Below are positions 17,305 through 26,700 of a stretch of DNA of 29,038 nt, piece by piece. How positions within the stretch are numbered: the stretch's first letter is position 1; each line of letters starts with the position of its first letter. Position numbers and translations under genes: made by a program. Below the pieces are notes generated by a model that had not been told where the DNA came from, searched no databases, and saw only the letters and a program-made list of their open reading frames with translations. This stretch comes from a virus. Taxonomy: Duplodnaviria; Caudoviricetes. Where the stretch lies: IMG/VR virus record IMGVR_UViG_3300032247_000665, positions 1-29,038 of that record; one strand, 5' to 3'.

Positions 17305-18221
17305 TAAGTCACCGTCAGATAGTATTCAATATCTACAGGTTGACCTGCGGTCTTTGTAATAATGGGGGTGGTAGAAGATTTTCTACTAACTAATTTTAGT
17401 TCTGGGGGAAGTGTTGCTCCAGACATAAATTTAAGAGCATCATATTCAGTTGTTCCTGTACCACCGACCAAACTTAATTTAATTTTATTTAAATTATATG
17501 TAAATCCTGATGCTGCAGAATTAGGCATTGCTAATGAAGCACTGTAATAACCAACAGATGATGTTGGCAAAACAACAGTTTGGGAAGTCCATGCATTACT
17601 TGCTGAATCTAATAGGGTAATTGTAAGTGAAGGGCTGGTGCCAGATGCCGTAACTGCATATAATAATTGAAGAAAATCGTTAGTATTAAATGCTGAAAGA
17701 TTTTGATAAAAATTTGTTTTAACAGTTACACTTGTATTTGATGCAGAAACATTATATTTATCTACACGAGAACTGGCACTATTATATATTGCGGTACTAG
17801 CCGTAGATTCAGAAGTACCATTCAACCAATATCCAAATGGATCTTGTTCTGAGAAGGGGGTAAGAATAAGGTTGTCTTTATAAGCTCCAACAATATGTGA
17901 TAAGGGTATTACTCCCACCTCGTATATTTTTGCAACAATATTTGTATCTAAGGTAGCTTTCATTGCTATTTGATTAACACTTCCACTAGATATATATGAC
18001 TTAAGAGTAATTGGTGTTCTATAAATTTCGTATCCAAGCTTGGTGTCAGTAGATGCTGATGTTGTACCTAGTGCACCAATTGCAAGAGTTCCCGCCCATT
18101 CTACAGAAGAATTAGCTAAATACCTATTAATCATCAGTGCACCATTTGTGGTAATAATGTTTTCACCTTCAAATAAGATTTCTCCATTAGAACTAAAAAT
18201 GTATTTTCCTTTTAGGTTCAT
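17304..18221 (-). CDS. minor tail / tail-tip structural protein
   Basis: NIITTNG..MI.RYLA...LAIG...TDTKLGYEIYR..I is typical of phage baseplate/fibre-anchor proteins; overlap-coupled to both neighbours. Confidence 0.7.
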   Translation of the reverse strand: MNLKGKYIFSSNGEILFEGENIITTNGALMINRYLANSSVEWAGTLAIGALGTTSASTDTKLGYEIYRTPITLKSYISSGSVNQIAMKATLDTNIVAKIYEVGVIPLSHIVGAYKDNLILTPFSEQDPFGYWLNGTSESTASTAIYNSASSRVDKYNVSASNTSVTVKTNFYQNLSAFNTNDFLQLLYAVTASGTSPSLTITLLDSASNAWTSQTVVLPTSSVGYYSASLAMPNSAASGFTYNLNKIKLSLVGGTGTTEYDALKFMSGATLPPELKLVSRKSSTTPIITKTAGQPVDIEYYLTVT

Positions 18222-18661
18222 CAGTTCACCGCACTAATTATATATTCATAACTTGATGCTCCAGCAACGTCATCAAAGGATAGGGTGGTTAGGTATGTAA
18301 CTGTTCCATCTCCATTTGCAGAGTTTGCATCTTCTATCGCAAAGCTATTTGTTGATATGTAAAGGTTTTCTGGAGTATCTAAAATTGCTTGTCCAGAAGA
18401 TAAGAGATCTTCTGGACTTGCAGCATAATCATCGTACTCTGGACTAACTTCTTCTTGATAAAAATTACTTTCTATTGTATTTTCTTCATCGACTTGTAAG
18501 TTAGGTAAACTTCCCTCATCCACAACAATGGTATCTGGATTTAATAACAAAAACATAGAATTATTTCTAGGGTCAGTAGAAGTAATGATTTTTCTTGCTC
18601 CCTTGGGAATAGAATTTGGGTTAGTGTACCTTGTAGAAAGGTCACTTGGGCGTTCTATCAT
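18221..18661 (-). CDS. acidic minor tail protein with FN3-like C-terminal strands
   Basis: LDTPENL...LSFDDVAGASSYEYII; RBS GGAGG; ends in a TGATG overlap. Confidence 0.65.
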   Translation of the reverse strand: MIERPSDLSTRYTNPNSIPKGARKIITSTDPRNNSMFLLLNPDTIVVDEGSLPNLQVDEENTIESNFYQEEVSPEYDDYAASPEDLLSSGQAILDTPENLYISTNSFAIEDANSANGDGTVTYLTTLSFDDVAGASSYEYIISAVN

Positions 18662-18685
18662 ATAATTACATCCTCCATTCTATAT

Positions 18686-18697
18686 ATTATACCATTT
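18686..18697 (-). promoter_or_regulatory. extended -10 promoter inside the tail module (AAATGGTATAAT)
   Basis: Same AATGGTATAAT as the SSB promoter, no recognisable -35; followed by GGAGG RBS. Confidence 0.6.
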
Positions 18698-21600
18698 ACG
18701 AGATTATCATCGGTTTAAATGTTAGCTCTGTGCTATCCAAACCGTCACGATAAGTATTTTTAACTGAAGTAATTAAACCCACCAATGGCTTTATTGATGT
18801 GTCTACTGGATCGGATCCAATTCTTTTTAGTCTATATGTAATTTGACCAAAATCTCCAGCTTGGATTAGCGGGTTTCCAAAAATACGAATTGAATAGTCT
18901 AGATTAAAACTTGAATTTGCACGAACAATATTGGAAAGAATTTTTTCAACTTGTAGTGTATCCCTTACCCAGTCTACTGCAAGAGATATTGTATTATTTG
19001 CATAATTTCTATCTACTACTCGCTTTAAAGTTTTTTGCTCTGAAAGATACATATTGTTTCCAAGCAATGTTAAAGATGTGGATACATCTCCCGACTGAGT
19101 TTGACCAGTATTTAAAATAATAAGACCTTGACCAATTGGTCCATCATGCGCTATTGCAAATTGTTGCTGAAATGCAGATCCTTTTATTGCTGAATATGAT
19201 ATGTCTCCCTTTACAACAGGTTGCAATTCTGTCCAATTTGCTCCAGGATTGTTATAAGATATTTTTTGAATATTAATTGTTTTTGGAGATTTAGTAAATA
19301 CTGGAGCACTTTCTAATTTTACGTCATAGAAATTAATTCCTCTTGCCAAAGGTGGGCTGGCATAATGAAAATATGAATATGTACTATGAACTTTATTGAT
19401 TAAGTCATCTAAATATTTTTTTGAAGTAAAATGCCTATTGTTTGCATAGGTTAAATCAGTTCCATCATATTTTGCAGCATATAATTCATAAATGCATAGT
19501 GTTTGTGTTGAAGTTTCTAATGGTTTTATGTATCCCCCAAAATAACTTTGAGATGCTGGAATTAGAGTTGCATCACCCTTTAAATCGACCCTCTTATAAT
19601 ACCCATCTATTGATATAACAATGGATGTACCATCAAAATATAAGTTTATTGTGTGTGGTTGACCATCAAATACATTGGGGCTAGATCCATTGTATCCAAC
19701 AAATTGTGAAAAATCTATTTTTTCATCGATAAGTTTTGTTGTCGATGGAGCTGACGGCTTATATAAAGAAAGATTGTTTGTAACTACTTGATTACTAATA
19801 TTTTGTGAAATTTCTACACAAAAGGCATTAGATGCTGTTGTTGTAGTATTTGATGCTGTATTTAGTATTATTCCAAATGAAGAATTATTAGGTGTTGGAA
19901 TTTTAATTTCGGTATAATCTTTCTTAGATTGTGTACTTAATTTTTGATAGTCAGCATTTTTTATGGTAAGTTTAGTTTTTTTATTTTTCCACCCAGCATT
20001 ATCTAGGCTAGTTCCTTCGTCTATGGCAAATGATAAAGAAAAGAAATTATAATCACTTTGATTTACTTTTGCTTGAGCAATTGAAAGAATATCTTTTCTG
20101 GATCCCGTAATTTTTAAAACACCATCATTTCCTCTATTTGTGCCAATAGTTGATGTAGCATTATACACACTTGCAGAGCTTAACGTATTTTTTGTTAACG
20201 AAGCGGAAAAGAATCTGAATGGTGTATCATTAAGGTCGTCATATTGTTTATGATTATATAACTCATTTGATGGAGTTCCGTATTTTCCCCTTACTACATT
20301 CATCAATTTTCCAGTAGGCTGATATTGTACAGATGATGTACTTCCAAAAGCAGAACCAGAGTTATATATTTGAAAATCACTAAGAGCTGGTTCTAAATCC
20401 GTTTTATCATATATGGTTCTTGTAATTTTATTTGTAGTGTCATTTGAATCTTGAAAAGAATATTCTACACCAGAATAACCAATTATTTCTGATCCAATTA
20501 ATAAATCCCCCGACATTTTTGCCAAACTTCTTCTTGTTCCAGCACCAGAGCCTTCAGATATAACATATGTTTTTTTATCTCTGTCAATACCTAGCTTTCC
20601 AATAGGTACGTTAAGTGTTCTGCTAGTTGCCGTAAAATCACCCTTAATAAAAAATTGAGAAAGACCATCTGATTCTTTTAGTGTCCAAATTGAATGCGGG
20701 GCATCTACAGTATTTACTTTTGGATCTACTAATGATTTTGCTACATTTTCTTTATCTACATTACTTCTAAATGTTAATGGTGTTTTGTAATTAATAACAA
20801 TTGCACCAATTTTTTGACCAATAGTTTCGGAGAAGGTGTCTGGAATAATGTTTGCAATGTACCTACTACTAGAAGATCCAATACTTGATACTGGATAATC
20901 TGTTATGGCAAAATCTGCAGAAAAATTTCCCGCACCAAATTTATTAAAAACTTGAGATAAGCTTTCAAATCTTAGCATTCCATACTCGTCAACTGATGCA
21001 GCAATTTGATGTGGTAGCAAAAACTCTTGAAGATTTGTAAAAACTGATTTTTGTTCATCCGTCCAAAATCCAGATACCTTAGTATTGATTTCAGGTAATT
21101 GATATAAACCATTATAGTCATAATCACTAAATCCAGAATAATCTAAAAATTCTTTAATTACATTTATTACATTGCTATCATAGGCAAAATAGTGTAGGGA
21201 TTCTGATCCCATCATAAATAATTTAGTAATGTCGTAAAGCTCAACGGAAACAGAATCTAAATCATTAAGGCTCCAAGTATCTGAATACATAACAAATAAA
21301 GGTATTTTTTCCTTAAGTTGTGTTTCATATGATGATGGCTTTAAAATTGCTGTAAATTTAACTCCCTGCCTCATCAAATTATAAAAAACAGATTTTTTAG
21401 AATCGTTTTCAAAAGTAGTTGCTCCATATCCGTCACTCTTGTATGATGGAATATTAGAAAAATCAATAGTTCCACTATTTGCAGTAATCCAAGAAAATGG
21501 TAAACCTCCTGATTGCGTATTTACTAAATCTTTTTTACAACTAACTTGATAGGTATAATTACTTAAATCTATTTCTAGTCTTGGAGATAATTCTATTACT

Positions 21601-23231
21601 CGTAATCGTAAATCTCCACCACCTATATAAGATCTTGAAGATCTTGATGTAGTTTTGCAAACAAGTTCTACTGATCTAACTTGCGAGTTTACATATTGCA
21701 AAGTTCCACTTGCGGTAAGCTGAGGAGGAGAATCCCAAGCAGTAGTTGTCCAACCAGCACTAGAATAATATAAAATTGCAATTCCGTTTGAATTAAAATC
21801 TGCACTTGAAAGACTTATTGAAGTTTTAGTATTTGTTGCACTAGCATATATATTTACAGAACCACTAGTAAAAAAAGCGTAAGATTGGTCTAATTTAACA
21901 ACAATTTTATTTACTGATAAATATTGGTCATAAATTGCTTGCAAAGATTTTTCTTCGGTACTAGATGAGATATAATATTTAAATTTATTATCTGAATCAG
22001 CAATTTGGTCATAAGTTGGAAATTTTGATGGAGATGTTATATCAGTCATTTTTGTTACAAATGTAACTGGTTTTGCAGAAGATGTGCTGTAATTTTTTAC
22101 ATTTTTATCTTCATTTGGTAAAAGAGGGTGTAGTAAAACTTCTCCAGGTCTTGTTGGTAAAAATGCAGATTCTGTTGGAAAAATATTTTGATATTTAAAA
22201 TCAAATTCAGTAATTTTGTATAAATTAAAGTCTGTTACAAGAAGTTCGGCATTCTTGTGATATGCCGAAAGATTTAATTCTAAAACAAATTTTGAAAAAA
22301 AGTTATTTGTATCATCCGAATTAACGCCAAAACAAATTTCTATTTTTTGCCATTTTTCAAAATTTACATCTATTGTATTTGTTATAAATGATGGATTTCC
22401 ATCAATTGTTTCAAATACCTTGCAGGTTTGAAATGCTTGTTTTTCATCCATTGAATTATTATATATTTTTACTGCTGGAACTAGGTTAATATTAGTATTA
22501 AAACTATTATTATCTAAATAGGATCCGTTGTTACCTGTACTTGATAAATAATCGGTATATGTTGATACATTGCCTAATGTGGTTAAATAAATAATTTCAC
22601 CCAAATTATTTGACCTGTATATTTTATATCCTCCTGCAGAGGTATCTGGTGTCCAAGTAATTGTATTTGTTGCATTTGATGTTGAAGCGATAAAAGCTAC
22701 ATCAGAGTTGTTGGTAATATCTGGTCCTAAAGTTTGACCATTATTTCCAACGCCCACCACCCTGTAATAATAACTTGCAGTTCCCGCATTATTTGTTGAG
22801 GCATTAATATTTGTAATAATAGATGGAGTTCCTGATGTAGATCCAAAATTATTAACTTTTGCATAAAAAACTAATTTGTAATATCCTGGAGATGCAGAAT
22901 TTGTAAGTTGAGATGATGCAGATGTTATTGTTGCAACAAAGTTTTGATCTACTCCATCATTAGTCATTATAATAGAAATTGATGAGCCACTTGAATTAAT
23001 ATCTGTATTTCTTCCAGTGCTGTTTCCTTTAATATTTGCAGATGCACTTGTCCATTTAGCTGAACTTGTAAGTGAAGATGCGGAAGTTAAAACTAAATTA
23101 GTTCCACTTCCAGATGTAGTAATCATTGGTTGAATAAAGGAGTTATAGTTCCATTCCCCCCAAACTTGAGGAACAACTCCAATAGAGTTAGCAGAAGCAA
23201 ATAACTGTTGCGTTGATGCAGTACCTAACAT
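18696..23231 (-). CDS. large tail tip / hub protein
   Basis: Position after the TMP and Dit-like gene; FN3-like segment (YYYRVVGV...ITWTP...GYKIYRS...YTD); VDEYGMLRF and C-terminal IFGNPLIQAGD hub-type motifs. Confidence 0.75.
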   Translation of the reverse strand: MLGTASTQQLFASANSIGVVPQVWGEWNYNSFIQPMITTSGSGTNLVLTSASSLTSSAKWTSASANIKGNSTGRNTDINSSGSSISIIMTNDGVDQNFVATITSASSQLTNSASPGYYKLVFYAKVNNFGSTSGTPSIITNINASTNNAGTASYYYRVVGVGNNGQTLGPDITNNSDVAFIASTSNATNTITWTPDTSAGGYKIYRSNNLGEIIYLTTLGNVSTYTDYLSSTGNNGSYLDNNSFNTNINLVPAVKIYNNSMDEKQAFQTCKVFETIDGNPSFITNTIDVNFEKWQKIEICFGVNSDDTNNFFSKFVLELNLSAYHKNAELLVTDFNLYKITEFDFKYQNIFPTESAFLPTRPGEVLLHPLLPNEDKNVKNYSTSSAKPVTFVTKMTDITSPSKFPTYDQIADSDNKFKYYISSSTEEKSLQAIYDQYLSVNKIVVKLDQSYAFFTSGSVNIYASATNTKTSISLSSADFNSNGIAILYYSSAGWTTTAWDSPPQLTASGTLQYVNSQVRSVELVCKTTSRSSRSYIGGGDLRLRVIELSPRLEIDLSNYTYQVSCKKDLVNTQSGGLPFSWITANSGTIDFSNIPSYKSDGYGATTFENDSKKSVFYNLMRQGVKFTAILKPSSYETQLKEKIPLFVMYSDTWSLNDLDSVSVELYDITKLFMMGSESLHYFAYDSNVINVIKEFLDYSGFSDYDYNGLYQLPEINTKVSGFWTDEQKSVFTNLQEFLLPHQIAASVDEYGMLRFESLSQVFNKFGAGNFSADFAITDYPVSSIGSSSSRYIANIIPDTFSETIGQKIGAIVINYKTPLTFRSNVDKENVAKSLVDPKVNTVDAPHSIWTLKESDGLSQFFIKGDFTATSRTLNVPIGKLGIDRDKKTYVISEGSGAGTRRSLAKMSGDLLIGSEIIGYSGVEYSFQDSNDTTNKITRTIYDKTDLEPALSDFQIYNSGSAFGSTSSVQYQPTGKLMNVVRGKYGTPSNELYNHKQYDDLNDTPFRFFSASLTKNTLSSASVYNATSTIGTNRGNDGVLKITGSRKDILSIAQAKVNQSDYNFFSLSFAIDEGTSLDNAGWKNKKTKLTIKNADYQKLSTQSKKDYTEIKIPTPNNSSFGIILNTASNTTTTASNAFCVEISQNISNQVVTNNLSLYKPSAPSTTKLIDEKIDFSQFVGYNGSSPNVFDGQPHTINLYFDGTSIVISIDGYYKRVDLKGDATLIPASQSYFGGYIKPLETSTQTLCIYELYAAKYDGTDLTYANNRHFTSKKYLDDLINKVHSTYSYFHYASPPLARGINFYDVKLESAPVFTKSPKTINIQKISYNNPGANWTELQPVVKGDISYSAIKGSAFQQQFAIAHDGPIGQGLIILNTGQTQSGDVSTSLTLLGNNMYLSEQKTLKRVVDRNYANNTISLAVDWVRDTLQVEKILSNIVRANSSFNLDYSIRIFGNPLIQAGDFGQITYRLKRIGSDPVDTSIKPLVGLITSVKNTYRDGLDSTELTFKPMIIS

Positions 23232-23764
23232 TAAATCTCCGTAAATTCCATTTTGATGTCAACAAGGTCTGTTAATGTATAACGCTTACTAATGTCATAA
23301 CTAAAGCTGGTGATATAGCAGTCAAATGTTTCACCACTGCTAGATGGTGATGGGTAAAAAGCACTTGCAGTATTTGCACTTGCTGTATCTTGAGAATGCG
23401 TTACTCTAAGTTTAATTGGTGAAAAAACATTTTGCTCATAGAATGATTTCATCCAGGCTCCGCCCTTATATCCATCAGCAGTCATTGTGGCACCACCCCA
23501 AGCAGAAGATGCTGGCGTAGTTCCTTTTAATGGGTGATATGGCTTTTCTGTCCCTGATACTAATTGGCTCCAAGATACATTAACTTTTCTTTTTCTAGCT
23601 ACAACAAACTTTCTCATAGTTCCATCAGCCATTCTATTCACTTTTTCAATAATTTCAAAATCAATAGTTATTGGTTGTCTATTATGATCAGTTAATGGGT
23701 AGAATACCGAAGGCTCTGCGCTTGTTGCTACAGCTAAACCAGATGATGCTGAATAATAAGGCAT
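23231..23764 (-). CDS. distal tail (Dit)-like minor tail protein
   Basis: Directly downstream of the TMP via TAATG; RMADGTMRKFVVARKRK..VSW and C-terminal MEFTEI. Confidence 0.7.
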   Translation of the reverse strand: MPYYSASSGLAVATSAEPSVFYPLTDHNRQPITIDFEIIEKVNRMADGTMRKFVVARKRKVNVSWSQLVSGTEKPYHPLKGTTPASSAWGGATMTADGYKGGAWMKSFYEQNVFSPIKLRVTHSQDTASANTASAFYPSPSSSGETFDCYITSFSYDISKRYTLTDLVDIKMEFTEI

Positions 23765-26700
23765 TATCTACTCCCCATATTTCTACTTGTTGTCAGAGAA
23801 CTCTGTTGTCTCTGGATTGCTTTAATTACTGTATTAGCAATATCGTCTGCATTTGCATTAGTGTTCGCAGTTACATTAATATTATACACTGAGTTGTCAC
23901 TAAATGATGAATTATTACCTGTTTCCACAGCCCCACCAATTGCATATTTTGTTGCAAGACCTCCAGTAGCAAACTTTCTATTATTAATTGCATCTAGCAT
24001 TCCCTTGCCATAAGATGAGACAGAAGATGCTTTAACAACATATTCTCCATTTGACAACATAGCAGGAATCATATCTGACGTTGGACCACCTGCACCGCTA
24101 ATATAACCACCAGTTGCCCAACCACTTGTTGTTGGAGCTTTGGGAGTTTGTACTTTCACTGCAGTTGCATTTGTTGTTGTTTGTGATATATAAACTGGTT
24201 TTGATTCAGTCCAATTAACTGCTTGGATATCTTTGGTAAATGTTCCAGTAACCGCTTGTGAAGTGGGGAAATTACTAACACTTACTGCTCCAGTTACTGT
24301 TGTTGCTGTAGTGGCAGCTGTTGTACCACTAGAAACAGTTCCAGTAACAAAATTAGCAATATCTAATGGATTAGTGGTGTCAATAAAATCACTAATAGAG
24401 AATGGGTTAGACTTAACATCAGCCCACCACTTAGGACTAAATAATGGAACAATTTTTTGAGCAATTTCTGTAGAATTCTTAATTCCATATTGACTAGTAT
24501 TTAGTTTCCACCAATCTTTGTCAAATGTCGGTATTGATTTCTTGACAACAATATTCCACCAGTTAAATGGTATTTTGAGGGCGGGATTTACAACAGCTTT
24601 TTTCCACCAAGATGGATCAAATAATGGGACCATAGATTTGACTGCACTATATGCTTGAGATTGATTTAATACTCTACTTCCTACAGATCCCCCGCCAACA
24701 TTTCCTACAGGTCCACCATCTGCATATCTATTAATTCCATCAAGGAATCCTCTACCCAATTTAGATACTGATGATGCTCTAACTACATACTCTCCATTTG
24801 AAAGCATGGCGGGAATTGAATCGGAGGTTCCAGTTCCCATTCCAGAGATATATCCTCCAGCTGCATAAGTACCCTTGCCTTGTGTAAATTTTCCCTCTGG
24901 CTGTTTATTGGGGCTTAAAAATTTATCTTTACCCTGCATTGGAAGATACCAACCCTCACCTTGCCATTCCTGAGCATCTTGTTCATTTTGCTTGTGATGA
25001 AGACTGGTTCGGCTTGCCTTTCTATCTTTATAAACCCAAGTTCCACTCTTTGTTACAACCTGAGCACCGCCTTTTGGTTCAACACTTTTTGGTGTTTTGC
25101 TTGCAATTCCTGCTTGCTTAAATGCACTTTCCTTGGAAGCTCCACCCATCATCAATGCTAATGCAACCTGCTTTTCAAATCCATCTTTTACTCCAGCAAG
25201 TGCTTTATTAATTGTTGTTGAATTATTTACAATTTTTTGGAAGTTTCCATCTTTATCTATATTTTTAAATGCATCATCTACCTCACCAGCCGTTAGTCCA
25301 GCTTTATGCAATGCTCCTCTTAAAGTTTTTTCATCTGTAATTTTTCCATTAGCAACATCATCTCTGACTGCCTTTATTGCTTTTTCTGCTGTTTCTCCAA
25401 AGTTTGTAGATTTATCGGCAGTGTCATCAAATTTTGTTTGAGCGGTATTTAATCTTTCATTTAATGCATCAATCACTCCATTAGCTTTATCTATAGCACT
25501 TTGAAGATTTGCAATTCTCTTCTGATCTGATGCATCTTTAGCTTGCTTTTCTTTTAATTCTCTTTCATTTCTTAATTCTTTGTTGTAAGCATTTTGAGCA
25601 AGTGCTAGTCCAATTAAATCTCCAGATGATTGTGCATCATTAATTGATTTTGCAAGATTATTCAATGTTTGTTGCTGTTCATTACCTTGTTGTTTTTTAT
25701 CCCATAATTTTTGTCTAGCATCAATTTCTTTTTGAATTGAATTAATGCCATTTTGTTGAGATTTAATAAAATTATTTTGAGCTTTAATTTGATTATTAAT
25801 TTGAGTTGTAGTATCTTTCAAAGCTTTTTGCTTTGTTTTTGCCCAGTTTTCATCTTTTTTATACATTCTATCAATGAATGGTTGTGCTCCAATTTGAACT
25901 GATTGGGCTGCTGAAGCTAAATCTGTTACTGCACTTAACATTTTTAAATTCTTTGTCAAATACTCTGCTTGACCTGAAGTCATTTTAAATCCGTTTGCAG
26001 CCAATACATCTATTTTGGCAATACTGCTTAATTGTGCTCCAGATTTAAAAAGATGAGAGTTAAGCGTTGCTAAACTTGGACTTGTTGCACGAACTTGATT
26101 ATTAAATTGATTAAATGCTACGCCACTATTATTAATTTTATTTAACATTCCCGAAGTAAAAGCTTTTGATAACTGTGATGAAAATGTTTTTATGTCTGTT
26201 GTTGTTGATGCTTGGAATAATACATTTGCTCCCGCATTTTTATTTTGATTAGTTCTTCCAAGTAAGTTTGAAAGTTCATTACCAGTTCTTCCTTTTCCAG
26301 CTGGATCAAATTCTTTTGATGATAAAATTGATCCTTGTTGTGCTAGGTCCATTCCAGATGCTTTCATCCAAGCTTTTACAGCTTGTATTGCTTTTGCCTG
26401 ACTTCCTGTAGACATAAGAGTTGATTGGAAGACATCTTTTAGTTGACTTGTTTTTTGAGTTTGATCTCCTTCTTTCAAATTCTTTAATGCGTTTTGCGTT
26501 TCAGCATCACCCGCACCTTTAATTGAATCTGCCAAACCATTAATTAATTTTTGCATTTTGTCAATTGGTTTTTGCAGACCATTACTTGCTAAAACTGTTG
26601 CATTGGAGAAATCGCCAATTCTTACTCCCAGCATTTTTAATGTGTCCGTGCTAGTTGTAGTTGACACGCTAATTGCATCTGCTGCTTGCTTGGCTTCTGC

